A stretch of DNA of 64,000 nt, taken from assembly GCF_009914755.1 (NCBI RefSeq), contig NC_060942.1. One strand, written 5' to 3'. This stretch comes from the human T2T-CHM13v2.0 reference genome, Homo sapiens. How positions within the stretch are numbered: the first letter of the stretch is position 1; each line of letters starts with the position of its first letter. The notes under the pieces are model-generated. The model did no database searches. It saw only the letters and a program-made list of their open reading frames with translations, and was not told where the DNA came from. Made by a program: the position numbers and the translations under genes. This document shows, piece after piece, positions 1-14,515 of this stretch.

Positions 1-345
1 AATGAGGTGAATATGGTGGGTAGAATTGAACAGTATGTTTGGAAAGGTCAGTGGGAGACTTAACTGACTAGGGCTTTGTAAGCCGTGGCACGGTGCTTGG
101 ATTTTACCTGCAGTTCTCTGAGAAGACACTGGACAGTTTTAAGCAGGGATTTGTCCTTCTCTGATTTATGAGGGTTTTTTTGTTTTTTTTTTTTTGTAGA
201 GAACACTGGCTGCTGTGTTACAACTGGGTGGGGGGTTGCACGGAGAAGAGAGAAAAGGATCAGGGAGACCATTTAAGATGCTCTGGTGATATTACAGCTG
301 AAAGAGACGTCTAATCAATAAATATCGAATGAGCGAGTGAGTGAA
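1..345 (-). mobile_element. L2 LINE relic
   Basis: 'gggctttgtaagccgtggca...ttggattttac...cagttttaagcaggga' matches the antisense L2 3' region; boundaries approximate. Confidence 0.65.
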
Positions 346-599
346 TTGCCATTTGCTTCAGGAAAACTGTCACTTGCTCTATTCAAATAGAGAATTGTTC
401 TTGGTTGAGCCTGAAATATAGAGAAACTTTCAAATCACCTGATACAATTTGCCTCTACTCTCAATGATGAATTCTGTTTTGCCCTATTTTTTATTTCAAG
501 TTTCAAGCAATCTGGTTTCTTATCCCCTAGCACAGTTACTTGCTTTACAGTGTTGGTTATGGAATAATTATAAGTAGTAGCATTACTGTTCTAGTTTAC

Positions 600-730
600 A
601 TTTATTTCCTCAGCAGGGACTGTGGTCAGGGCTTTACATGCATTATCTCATATGATTTTCCCAAACAACTCTTTAGTTAGGTAACATAAATATTCCCATT
701 TTACTTATGAGAAAACTGAGACATAACCTT
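600..730 (-). mobile_element. MIR SINE
   Basis: 'gctttacatgcattatctcat...cccattttacttatgagaaaactgag' is the antisense MIR core. Confidence 0.75.
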
Positions 731-1253
731 ACCTAGGAAATAGTTCCTCCGATTCTTATTTACGAAAAGCCAGAAAACTACTTAAAATACCTGTTTCACT
801 TGAAGTTAAAGAGATATAATAAAAACAGGTGGGCCTACTAACGTATTCAGGCCAGATTCTGAGTGTGAGCGCCCGGGCAAGGTAAGGTGACTGCGCACAC
901 AATGAGGTTCCCTTTTTCCTTGCACTGTACCACTCTCCCGAGTGTCTTTATAATGAGAATACCCCCAGGGACCTGCAGACCTTAGAAGAAAAGGTGGCAC
1001 ATCATATTCTTGCCTTAGGGTCTCAGATTTCTGTGCTAAATCCACTACCTGGGCTCTGCTAGATTGCATGTGCCTTGGAATTGTTGTCTGTTCATTGTTG
1101 CAATAGACAAAAGGTGGCTTCCTCCTCCTGCCAGGTCTCTGGGCCCCACTCCTCCCTAGTGCTCACTGACGCCCACAGGAGAGGAAGTTCTCCAACTATT
1201 TCTAGAATCTTTTTATTTGCCTTTTTTCCCAATCCCTCATCAGGAGAATTGAA

Positions 1254-1352
1254 AACACACTCACATACACACAAGCACGCACACACATGCATACATACGT
1301 ATACACATAAACATACACACATACACGCACAGATAGACACACACACACACAC
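1254..1352. repeat. Degenerate (CA)n/(CATA)n microsatellite
   Basis: Direct reading: cacac/catac runs. Confidence 0.9.
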
Positions 1353-1780
1353 GGGATCTCATTATTTCTTTAAAGAAACATTTATTTTTTCTTTTCATTT
1401 GACCTCAGTCACAAACTCTGGTCTAGAGGCAGACAAGTTATTCAATTCAAAAACTTTATAAGAAACAAAGAATTTCAAACATAGGTCATTCATATCATGT
1501 TGTTGTATGTTTCGTTCTTATCCATGTTGAAAAATCTCATACTATTTGAAACCTCTTCAAAGACAGTTGCTGGCATTAGCTTCCCTTGTTTCATAGCAGT
1601 GCTAATATGTAAGTTAGAGAGAAAAACATATTTTATGTTTAGCTCATATGATGAAATACAAATGTTACAAGTATCAACTTGGTTGGGAAAAAAATTAATA
1701 TTTTTTTATTTTGCATAACTGATATAACCCTGCTTTCCAAAGATGAGAGAGAAGTTCATACTTGCTGTTTCATTATAAAT

Positions 1781-1936
1781 AGGCTTGCCAAGTAAAATAT
1801 AGGAATACTGTTAAATTTGAATGTCAGGTAAACAATGAGTAATTTTTGAAAATATGTCCAATGAATAATTTTTGAAAATATTGAAAAATACAAATAAAAG
1901 TTGTTTGCGTTTTTATTTGTTAAATATGGCAACCCT
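1781..1936. mobile_element. MER53 hAT DNA-transposon relic, internally deleted
   Basis: TIR-like ends aggcttgcca...tggcaaccct; 'gttaaatttgaatgtcaggtaaacaatgagtaattttt' matches the MER53 arm. Confidence 0.75.
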
Positions 1937-2757
1937 AATTTTTAAACAATTTTAAGTGAAAACTTAAATATCAAAAAGATGTTAAAAGGTCCCATCAGTT
2001 TATATGATCACAATGGTGATATCATGTTCCCTCATATTCCCCCAGTAGCTAGAGTGGTTCCTGTCGTGGTTGAGGCTTAGTGGTCCCTGTTAACTCAGAC
2101 TCACCTGATTTCTTTCAGCCATTGAAGATCCCTACATATCAGCTGTATTTTCTGTCTGGAGTCTGTCTTGCACCCAGCACTGTCAGTCTATGCTCTGGGG
2201 ACAACTAGACCCTCACCATAGTGGCTCGCTGGCAGACCAATCCCATGTCCTTGCTAGGTCATATGCAGGGATTTTTGAATCCCTTCAGTGTTACAATGTT
2301 GCTGAGGGAAAGAGACTCTAAACCACTATTTCATGTTCTTTCTCAACCAAATAATCTATGTAATGATTTTAAATGGCTTTGACCACATGTCTTGCTATGG
2401 AATCCACTGGAGGGAAACTGTCTCCTACGATTACAAATAGAAGCAGGATATGTTCCTTCTGTGCTGTCCCTCTTGCTTTTAGCTTCCTATCCACCCTATC
2501 TGGGTTTTTCTATCACAGCCCTATTGGAAGTGCACACCTTTCCCCCATGCACCCAAGCTTTTAGGACTCTGAAAATTCAAGAAGGTCAGCCTTCAGACTC
2601 AATGACACATTGGTTTCCTTCTGTTGAAGCCAAAAATCATGGAAAGAGGCTTCATTAAAGTAGAATTTTTAGGAAATGAAAATACATTGCAAAATATTTT
2701 TAAATCCCTCATATGTTAATATAGATTTTATTATATGTGTCCTTGGTGAGGGGGGGC

Positions 2758-2912
2758 CTTCTTTCCTTCTTTCCTCCCTCTCCTGTTCTCTCACACACTC
2801 TCTCTCTGGTTTTTGCTCTGTCTTCTTTCCTCTCCTTTCTTCTCCCTTCTTCTCCATCCCCCTTCCATTCTTCCTTTCTCTCTTTCATTTTCCTTTTTTA
2901 CTTTCTTTCTTG
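2758..2912. repeat. CT-rich low-complexity tract
   Basis: Polypyrimidine ttcc/tctc runs. Confidence 0.85.
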
Positions 2913-4468
2913 AAATCGTATGTGAACAATTATAAAAGCAACATGGCCCCCTAAGTATTGGAGAAGCAGAAAAGCTTTGAAAGATTGAATGACTCTGATG
3001 CTGAATTTTTCAGTTATGAGGCAAACTCTTGCCTGATTTATTCTAATATCAATAAGAATTGTTCATTTTAGACTCATCAGAAAATATGTGCTTCGATCTT
3101 TAAAATAAAAATTTTACCTATAAGCAATTTGCATTTGACTTTTGATATGGTTTGTACATGGTTTAATGTATTCCAAAGGCCCATTCATTGAAAAATGTGT
3201 TGAAACTTCTTATAATGCCATTTTTCGATTTTGAACCAACTTATATAGCACTCCTTGGGGAACTGCCAGTGCCTTCTTTGGCAAGAAAATCTTTGGCTAT
3301 AGGATAACTAAAATAGTTCAAAAGGTTTCCCAGTGCAAAATTTAACAATCAGTGTATTCAGAGCTAGAATAATTCTTGTCAAAACAAAAATGAATTCAGT
3401 TGTGTAATTCTTGTTAGCAAATGGATATAACCCCTTTAGAAATCCTGCAGCCTGTGATTTTAATTATCTATAGCAAAAACTTGCACTAAATTTAACAATG
3501 CAACAGAATGTAATGTTTTAAAAACAATGTATCCATTCTAGATACTTAAAAATGATTCATATTTAAAATTTATGTTCTTATATCACAAAAATATAGAACT
3601 TGAACCAAATAATTATTTCACTTCCAAGTTCCAGAAGGGTACATTTTGCATTGACTTTAACATATCAAGAAAAAAACTCACTAAATCACTCCTGAAGGGA
3701 TGATGTAGCTAATAAATACCAGTTATATATTTTAGGAATTTAATCAACTGTAGCACAACAGAATAAGCATTTGTATAACATATTCCACCATATTGGAAAA
3801 AAGAAAATGTGGTTAGGTAGAGGAGAGTATTGGAATCTTACTTTCACAGAGTAAAGTTGGAAAAACAAAAGTATTGATCTTATCAGGAATAAGTAGTTTC
3901 CAAGGGCATGCAGTAACACTGAGTATTAGGATTGGACCCAGTGGAAATGCACTAATATTAATTACAAATTCCCACTTAGAATTTAGAAATGTTCCCCTAA
4001 TGAGACTGAAAAAATCAAGAAATTTGACATTAGAAGTATGAAACAAAGAAAAAATAGGAAAACATTATCACAGAATTGGCAAATAGTTTAACTTTTGCAG
4101 AGAGAAATTCAGCATTTTCTGTGCTGCCAAACATTGCTGAACATACTTTCCTATGTGAATCCTCATTTAGATGGCCCCGCCTCTACCTTGAATTGTGTTC
4201 CTGGAAACAAGAAAGCTCTATTTTTACTGCCATCATCCCAAGCTATGTATCTTGAAAATTCATTGTTCACTTTATATCTTGTTCATAGATATCTTGAAAA
4301 GTCATCGTTCACTTTAGATACTATCAGCTCTTCTAGTAAACATGCAACAACTATTCCTACTTGCTTTCACTAGAAAAAAAAATTTCATTCTATTAGACAC
4401 AAGTTAACTTTCCAGTTTTACTAAACACATATTAAACAATATGAGCCACTTATCATAGCTATTGAATG

Positions 4469-4779
4469 TTTATTTTTTATTATTTTATTGTTTTAACTTT
4501 TATTTTAGATTTAAGGGGTACATGTGTAAGTTTGTTACGTGGGTATACTGTGTGATGCTGAAGTTTGGAGTATGACTGGTCCCATCACCCAGTAAGCATA
4601 GTACCCAACCATTTTTCAGTCCTTGCCACTCTCCTTCCCACCCCTCTCACCTCCAATAGTCCCCAGCGTCTGCTGTTGCCATCTTTATATCCATGAGGCC
4701 TGGGGGTGGTGGAGGTTCCACTTCCTTACAAGTGAGAACATGGGGTATTTGGTTTTCTGTTTCTGCGTTAATTCACTTG
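4469..4779 (-). mobile_element. L1PA15/16-like 3' end
   Basis: T-rich tail, then 'ggggtacatgtg...gtttgttac', 'taagcatagtaccc', 'agtgagaacatg...tttggttttctg'. Confidence 0.85.
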
Positions 4780-5067
4780 CTGCCCAACATTTTAAATGCA
4801 CGTCTTCACAGGCAGTTTTTTTGTGAGTTTATCATATATTATTTTTCCCTAGGATATAAGAATAGGTTTTGTTTTCTGGGTATACAGATATATGTGAATT
4901 TTTTCTACATGAAGAATATACATAAGAGTAAAACATTTTCTAGGTATTCCTACGCTCTTTGTCTAATATTGAATGTAAGTACCTGAAAACTCAGGAATTT
5001 TGTTTTTGTTTTCTCAAGAGCGGAAGAGAAATCAGAGGGATTCTTGGAAGGCACGCGTAATCGTCAC

Positions 5068-5525
5068 TTGATCAGTCAGAGTTCCCGGAGGAAATCGATG
5101 GCATTCTCAGAAGGAGGGATTAGAGAAGCCTTACTCTGGACAAGGCAGTTAATAGACAGGTTAGGGAAACCAAAAAGAAGAGAAAGCAGGAGGTGGCCTC
5201 TGCCACCCCCAGGTCCACAGGAGGAGAGAAGGGATTGGTGACCCTCATTGGAGTTGACCTTGAGAAAGGGGCCACCCATCAGGAATTGGGCTTGAGGAGA
5301 AGAGGTAGCAGGAAGCAGGTAGCAGGGCCGACTGCGGCCTGCAGAGAGGGCGTGAGAGAATAAGCAGCACTCCTCCTTGCTTCCTCCCATCTCTTGCTGG
5401 AACTTTCCTTTCTCAGAACCCAATTGGAAGCATGGAACATACTCATGCAATCCATGAAGACCAGCCTCCAGGACAGCAGGACAGAGAACAATGAGACTGA
5501 AGGAATCTAAAGGGGCCAGTGGCAT
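5068..5525. mobile_element. Old ERVL-type LTR (LTR33/LTR41-like)
   Basis: 'agtcagagttcccggaggaaatcgatggca', 'aacccaattggaagc', 'ccagcctccaggacagcagg...gaatctaaagggg' resemble this LTR group; exact family uncertain. Confidence 0.55.
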
Positions 5526-7237
5526 TTATAGATCCCACGGTTATGTACACAGTAAAAGGTTGCTGGGATTAGTCAGGTGATATATGATTTACCTGAAGTC
5601 TTAATTCTGTGAGTGCTGTGCACAACCCCATCACTGAATTTATTTATAAAATATGCTACTTGTAGCATAAAAATAGTGTCATTTTTAAAGATAGATTTGG
5701 TATATGGATGACTGTGTATTGTTGTGTGCTTTATATGACAATCCCATGGTGACAATGCTGTTTGAAATATGTATTTGACGTTTGAAATAAACTTTAGAGC
5801 AACATTTATCTTTTGGGGGATCCTATCAGCCCACAAGTGTGGAAGCAGGTTTCGAGATCCGTTCTAAGCCCAAAGCATCAGTTCCACAGATGCTGAGACA
5901 AGTTTGTCCCATTGGAGGCTACAGTGGTAGTAGGGTGTACCTGGGAGCAAGTAGTCCTTAACTTTCATCAAGATCAAAAAGTGTATGTTTTAAATTTTTG
6001 ATCAAATAAAGCTATGTCTCTAATTGTATTTCTTTGTTTGCCATAGCAATGGAAAACTTAAAGCAAGAGGGAGTCTAGCTGTACCATTCATTTTTTTCAA
6101 CAGCTATGACTTGAGCTTCTATACCCCCCAAAAATATGAAGTCCTGAAGATGCAAACAAACAGTATTTATTCCTCCATTTCTTTATATTTGAATAGAAGC
6201 TAATGTATATTTAGTACAGGCTATTCTATGCATGTTTTAAAATTCAAAGATGACCCAATTCTTGTTTTTGGTTAGGTATACTGTGACTGTATAGAAATGT
6301 CAAAGAAAAATTTTTGAACATTGATAACTTTTAAAGTGATTTCCTGCATGATCAATATTCATTTATCAGTTTAACAGCCAAGAAGATAACCTTACATATT
6401 AGCATGAATTTGACCTTAAAATCAGGTTTTTGTATCCGTTATCTTCCTCCTACATTTGGTTTATTGAAACCTAACTGTGAAAAGAACACTACTGTAGTAT
6501 TTGAGCCTTTAGCTTTGATCTCATTTAGGCCGAATCTGTCACAAAATTTTTCAGTGGTGAATGAAATTTAAAAAAGTATTATCGTTAACAAATGGTAAGG
6601 AAAACTTATATTGTCTTTCTTTTAAGATACAGAAAATTACACTAATATTACCTTAAATTGAGTGTTCAAGTATTAATGTTCATTGCATTGATAAACTAAT
6701 CTGTACTTCACAAAATACTTAAATACGTGTGTGTTTATTCTATACTCCCATTAGCTCAGTGTGGTGGAAGAGAGAAGAGGCTTTCCGAATCACGCTATTT
6801 TGGGCACTAGACTTAATATTTCATGCATAGTTTAAAAATCAGATTAGCAGTCTTATTTTAGCATAGGGCATTTGCCTGTTAAATTATATCAGCCATCATT
6901 TATTCTAAGGAATTTTCTTGTACGTTGAACATAAATCCATGTTTTGGGGCTTGAATTTCTAATCTGACACCTATCTAATTTGGTTCTTCCTCCCCTCCCC
7001 TTCCTTCTCCTCCTTTTTCTCCTTTGTTTTATTTAAATCATTATTAGAAAGTAGTCACTTTAAACTTACTGTTTTATTTCCTAATCTAAAAAAAATGGGA
7101 AAAAATAATTAATGTTCTAGTTTCCTAACTACAACCTCCTCAGTCAATTTGATCATTTTCTTTGAGAAACAAATTCAGTATATGCCATTGTAAGATTAGT
7201 GTTGTTTTCTGATTCTGATAGTACACATTTATTTCAT

Positions 7238-7490
7238 GATTTTTTATTGGAATAAGTTTTAATTTACAGAAAATTCACCAAGATTATACAGAGAGTTTAC
7301 TATTTATCCAATATCCTCTAAAGTTAACATCTTCCATTACCATGCTACATTTATTAAAACTAAGAAACCAATATTGGTACATTACTGTTAACTGAACCCC
7401 ACACTTTATTTGGATATCATGGGCTTTGCCACTGATGTTTTTTTCTCTGTACCAGGATCCAATTTATGATACAAAAATGCACTGAATAGT
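7238..7490 (-). mobile_element. L1MC-like 3' end
   Basis: 'ttttaatttacagaaaa...gttaacatctt...aaaactaagaaaccaatattggtacattactgttaact' is typical of L1MC 3' UTR antisense. Confidence 0.7.
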
Positions 7491-7619
7491 TCTTAAATTT
7501 AGTACAGGTTTTCAGTTACAGAAAAAGACCACCAGATTGTAGTATAGATTTCAATTAACATAAATTAAGACACAAATTAAGACGTTTTCAGTATACATCC
7601 AATTTAGATATTTTGTCCG

Positions 7620-7930
7620 TTTCATTTTTGCTAAACTGTTTCTTGAGTGCTCAGCACACTGAAGGATGCTTGCATTGGGAGGTAAGGAAGCATGTAACTA
7701 AGAGATAAATGCATGTTGCCTGTTCTCGGGAACTAGTGGTTATTATAAACTAAAATAGAACAAACCAGGAAATAGGGTATTTGCCAGAGGGAGGAGAGGA
7801 ATGGAGATATTAAGTTTGTAGTAAACAAGTTTAGTCCTGAAGGATTCCAGTGAAAAGTTGAAAATATGAGAATAAAAATCAAGGAAGGGTTCTTAGGTGA
7901 CTCAGAGAGGATACAGTAACATGAGTTGGT
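7620..7930 (-). mobile_element. L2 relic
   Basis: Degenerate antisense L2 3' end followed by purine-rich L2-like sequence. Confidence 0.5.
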
Positions 7931-9259
7931 ATACAAGCTAGCAACATGTGATACATTTCATGGTATGGGCTAGAGTAAGGGAAGAATGTGATTCCCATAC
8001 CTAGCCCTCAATATAAAAGGGATGTCGAGCCAGTTAATACATGAGATGAAATGTAGAAGCATGTTTTGCAGGGTTCTGGGATTACAGGAATACAACGTTT
8101 TCCTCAGCTTTTACTTTGCTGCAGATGTGCTTTAGGTAATATGGTCATCATAATACACTTTTATAGGATTAATTCTGAGCTCTTTGAAAGGAACCAATTC
8201 ATTAATACAAGTTAATATTATGTAACTTAAAATATTCTTCTCCAAGTAATCATTAACTTTGGCAAATTTTCACACACAAAAAGAAATACTCCTTATCACC
8301 TGTGGTATCAGTTGGAATGGAATTATAATTTCTTACCATGAGCAGAAAAAAGGTATTTAACACTCTTAAGTTGAGATATAAAAATAATTGAGCAAATTGC
8401 TTAGAATTTTATAAAGGGCTTTGAATGAAGGATGCCACTAATATGATTAAACATTTCTTTTGCATCTGTTTAGTCTCTTGTGAGTGTGTGGTAGGGACCT
8501 GATTTTAACTTAATTATCAGAAGCATTAATAGACTTAGACACAAATCAAGAGGGAAAAAGTCAATTTCAAAACTTATTAGTAAATTGGCACACTCAAAAC
8601 TCATTTATTTCTCCAGCATCTAAACTAATGAGGTGTTACAGTCTATTTGTTGGCATATTAATAAAACTGAATGCCTTTTTATTAATCAAATATGCACTAC
8701 TTGAAATGGTAAAATAAATACAAGTTAGTAGTAGTGATAATTCAAAATAAGTTTAACTTTAAGATGAATGATAAATTTTAGTTTTTAAAAAATATTTTAT
8801 GGACTCTATCATTTTAAATATCCTTATTGGTATATAATTTAAAGATTAAAGCTAATAAATGATACATGTGGGAAACTTCCTTTTTATTTCCCAAATGTCA
8901 TCTAACTTTTGAGATGAAAAGTTTACCACTCATTTTGATATGATAAAATGAGTGTCAAAGATATGAATCTTGACTATAATATTGACAAGAACCAAACAGA
9001 TTTTTATTTGCTAGTTACATATCTGTGACTAAATTAATCTATAGAAATGAGGTGTCTAATGTGTCTAAAATATTTCTAAAATATACCTAAAATATTTTAA
9101 GATCTTCTGAAATATTTCTGTAGTCTCTTCTGTAATTAATATTCTCTGAATTTACATAAAACTACCTACCCCTAGTGACACATCTAATCTCTTTGAATTA
9201 AGATCTATTTGTCAGTTGAACACAAGGATATTGTGTAATCCCTCTGCGTTCTGCTTTTT

Positions 9260-9800
9260 GAAGGCGTCTTGGTGTAGTGAGAAATGTCTTACACGTGTGG
9301 GGAAGGAGATATGGAGATATGACTTTGATGTGACTGAGGTCACAATACAGTGTGACGATTTTAAAATAGGCACAGAATTATAGGCTGAGGGACAATAATC
9401 CATGTATGTGATATTGGTTAGGGCAGGTTTTACTTTTCAGGCAATGGAGATGGGTGGATGTCCCAAGTCAGAGAACTGTACATGAGAAAGGCTCTGGAGG
9501 ACCCTGTGAAGAACTCACATACGGTCCTGAGATGACTGGATGGCCAGAGAAGCCCAATATATCTACCTCCAAAGTGAGAGTGAAGGAAAGAGATATTTGC
9601 CCTTCTCCCACATTCTATTTAAATTCAGTGCCAGAGGAGTAAAGCTTTGGTAGAGGATTGGGAGACCCAGCCAAAACCAGCACACACCTTCTGCCGTCAG
9701 GCACTTGGAAGAGAAGGACAGAAATGGCCAAGCCTTTTCTCGTTCACATCCCTTGAGGTTCATATCTGAGAGTGGAGAGGAGCTGAGATATCAAGTCACA
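9260..9800 (-). mobile_element. L2 relic
   Basis: Purine-rich degenerate L2-like motifs, e.g. 'ggatgtcccaagtcagagaactgtacatgagaaaggctctggag'. Confidence 0.45.
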
Positions 9801-9813
9801 TGTGTGATGGGGA

Positions 9814-10939
<1,126 letters not shown>

Positions 10940-11461
10940 TTAAACTGGGCTTGGCACGAGTCTTCCAAATGGAAAATTATCAGAAAACTAGAGAGGGGAT
11001 CATCCAAGTGTTATAAATAGAATGGGACTGACAATTTTCTTACAGCATATTTTGGGGAAAGAATTGAAGAAAAATTAACTTCATGTATGTTTGTATCCCA
11101 TGGAATTTAGAACATTAAGTGTCCTCATGACATTATATGCTGGAAAAACAATTCTGTTCTAGGCTGAAGCTGCCCATTACCAAAGTGAGATTATATAGTA
11201 AAATTGGAAATGACAAAACAAATTAATATTTCAAGCAGCATAAATATGATCCATTTTAGAGGTTTTAGTTTGTGTATCTTATGTATATCTCTGCTATGCA
11301 TCCTTATGTATATCTCTGCTAGCTAGGAGCTTCTGTTATAAAAATTATTCTATAAAATAAGAAACTATATTAAAAAGGATGAAATAAAAAAAGTGATATA
11401 AGAAATATGAGTTCTGTAATTTAAAAGAACCTCTGCAGTAATTTGCTAAATGCTGTTCTTT

Positions 11462-11988
11462 TAAAAATTATTTATTATTCTTTTTATTTTTTTAACTTTT
11501 AAGTTCAAGGGTACAAATGCAGGTTTGCTACACAGGTAAACTTGTGTCATGGGGGTTTGCGGTACACAGATTATTTCATAACCCAGGTATTAAGCCTAGT
11601 AGCCATTAGGTATATTTTCTGATACTCTCCCTCCTCCTGCCCTCCACCCTCCGACAGGCCCCAGTGTGTATTGTACTCTATGTGTTCATGTTTTCTCATC
11701 ATTTAGCTCCCACTTATAAGTGAGAAAATTTACTGTTTTGTTTCCTGTTCCTGTGTTAGTTTGCCAAGGGTAATGGCCTCCAGATCCACCCATATCCCTG
11801 CACGAACCTATATCTAGAAAACCCCCATAGTCTCAGCCCAAAAGCTTCTTAAGCTAATAAACTTCAGCAAAGTCTCAGGATACAAAAAATCAATGTGCAC
11901 AAATTACTAGTATTCCTATACACCAACAACAGTCAAGCTGAGAGCCAAATCAGGAATGAACTCTCATTCACAATTGCCATAAAAGGAG
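11462..11988. mobile_element. Older L1PA (about PA8-13) with 5' inversion
   Basis: 11462-11802 is the antisense 3' UTR; 11806-11988 is sense ORF2 RT-region sequence (tatctagaaaacccccatagtctcagcccaaaagctt); TSD at 11447-11461 and 11989-12003. Confidence 0.9.
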
Positions 11989-13135
11989 TAATTGCTGTTC
12001 TTTAATGATACAGTGATGTTATTAGATGAAAGAGTTTTGAGGCCCCATCTATCTTAGAAGACTCATTCTCTTTACTCTCTTGAAAGCTGTTTCAGCCTCT
12101 TTGGAAGGAATGAGCATCTATCTTTCCATAGCATTGGGACAGACTACGAAGTACTCAGTTGTCTGCTGATTTCCTCTCTAGTCTTTGCTTTTCTTGGCTG
12201 CTGCTTTCTTCTGATCCCTTGTAACACTAGAGTCCTTGTAACTCCATTCTGCTCAGTGAACTGCAGGTGCCATTCAAAACTCAAGAAAGTCTTCCCTCCA
12301 GATTGTGATAGTAAGTTTGCAGGATAGACTTGCTTAATTACAACAGTGCCTTAGCAGGCATGCAGGCTTTCCTCATGCTTGCCTAAACAAAATTTAGAAA
12401 CGGAAAGGGTTAGAGATGCATTAGTCTTTGTGGTTTTTTCATACTGGTTGTGGCATCTCCGCTGTTAATTGCTCTCCTTTAGTGATTAATATAATTTTTC
12501 CATCCATTAATCTATATGCCAAACTGGGTTTGTTCGTTTGAATAACTTAAATATCTACATATTTTTATTTTTTTAATTAGCAAAGATGTTTAACAGTTTA
12601 ACAATGAATCCTAATGTTTTATTTATCTGTTGTGTCAGAAAGCAAGAAGTTGAGGGATCCTGCTCTTAGTGAATATCATTGTGACCCTAATATATATTGA
12701 ATTATTGTTCACTTAATTTATAAATCCTAAGTCCTGAGCCTTTCCATAAAAAAAATAATTAAATGTTCAATAGGTCTCTAAAATCCAAGACTGGCTGAAA
12801 TGTTATTCTTATAAAGCATTTTGATCAACTGGTTTCTATGTAATACGTATATGTCTTTAAAAGACTCAATGCTTTCTTTGCTTTAAGTAACTAAGATACT
12901 TATTTTATAGAAGGAATCCAAATAAATGTTTCAGCTTCGTATGCCTGCATAGAGATACTCAGTTGACTTATTTTTGCTGATGGGAACAAAGCCTAAATTT
13001 AGAAGCTATCTTTCTTTTATATCACTGTCCTAAAATACTTTCAGACGTTTTCGAGTTTTGTATTTTGTATTTGTTCAATGAATCAAATAACTAATATGGC
13101 AAAATCTAGAAGGGTTTTAAGCTTTGTCATCAAGT

Positions 13136-13708
13136 AATACTGAACCATTGCTCCTAGAGGAAATACAGGGTTGGGTTCTCAGAGCCTCAGGTCACAACAT
13201 TTTTACCCACTGATCAATACAGAAACTTGTTTTGAGTGTGTTTCTATTGAAAAACATCTTATGTAATACATATTCTTGATTCATTAACATTGAACTCATG
13301 GCCAGCAGCACTGTAACTCATGCCTGAGCTAAGCTTATCTCATCATATTTTCTCCTTAAGGTGCACCACAGCCTTCTCCTGCTTAGGAGTCCTGGACAGC
13401 ACTTCAGCACTGTGCTTAGAAGTTATTTAAATGGTGACATCGCCAACAAAAAGTGCAAAAATGTGGAAATCATGACTAATAAATAGAACTCTGGAAAAGA
13501 CACTTGTTTATAGTTAAGAGAGCTGGAACAGGAAGGAAGAGCATCACCTGCTGGGCTTCAGCTGGGAAACTTGTGTGTTGGGTGACTCAGATTTCTCCCT
13601 TTCTCTTTCTGAGAAAGTGCAGTGAATATTGATTGGGGGGTTACAAATGCATTGTAACGAGTAGGAGAATTTGCAAATACAGAGTCCACTAATAGTGAGG
13701 GTCACTTG
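13136..13708 (-). mobile_element. MER82 (TcMar-Tigger) DNA transposon
   Basis: 'gattcattaacattgaactcatggccagcagcactgtaactcatgcctga', 'cagcacttcagcact', 'gagtaggagaatttgcaaatac' match MER82 antisense. Confidence 0.85.
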
Positions 13709-14432
13709 TCTCTTCACAGTAGATCGTTTGCACATCCCTTTGGGATTTGGTTTGGGATTTGTGGAATCAACTGTTCAGCAGATGATGCAACAGCAATGCT
13801 CCTGGATTCCCAGTGGTTCCATGGTGAGCAAGGGCAGCAAGTGAGAGGGCATGCTGAAAGCCTTGCTAGAAATTTGTCGTGATTTTAGATGTGTTGGATC
13901 TATTAGTGCTGTCTATATCATATATATGTATTTTTCTTAGAAATATATTTTAATGTGCTTTATGAAGTCTCTTAACAGATAGGAGATTAAAAAAGAAGAA
14001 AAGATCCTTTACCCCAGACCATCGAAGGCATTGCCTCATTCAGTTGGCCATTTCACTCTGTCCCGTGGATGCAGAATAAAGGCAAGAGGGCATAGGATAT
14101 CCTGCAGTTGAATCCCCTAATTGTTCCCTGATCCCAAGTCTGTGCTTGAGAAGTGAAGGCTTAATCCTTTTTTGTGCCATTTTGTTCTAAGATCCTTCAG
14201 AGGAGTGAAGGGTAAACATTCAAACATTCAACTCGGTTTGAGAAGAGATGATGTGTTTATGTCTAAGGGATTCTAGAATGCAATACAAATTGGTAGGAAA
14301 TTTTGAGAGAATGTTTTCTAGAAAGAATTTTAACACAGACATATCCTGTCCATTCTAGTAAGAAGAAAATTTAGTCAAATCATTCTGAATAGAATTTTCT
14401 GTCTCATTGCAGACTTCAGACATTTAAGGCTC

Positions 14433-14471
14433 ATATATGTATGTGTGTATATATCCATATATATAGTATAC

Positions 14472-14511
<40 letters not shown>

Positions 14512-14515
14512 ATAT
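14433..14515. repeat. (TA)n/(TG)n compound microsatellite
   Basis: Direct reading. Confidence 0.95.

Noticed and set aside
1075-1461. His/Thr-rich 128-aa ORF, and Cys/Val-rich ORFs at 1092 and 50709
   Set aside because: These are translations of (CA)n/(TG)n microsatellites.
1781-1936. MER53 as a miR-1302-type hairpin
   Set aside because: Most of the right arm is deleted, so the long palindrome cannot form.
5076-5525. 149-aa ORF
   Set aside because: It coincides with an old LTR and has no recognisable protein features.
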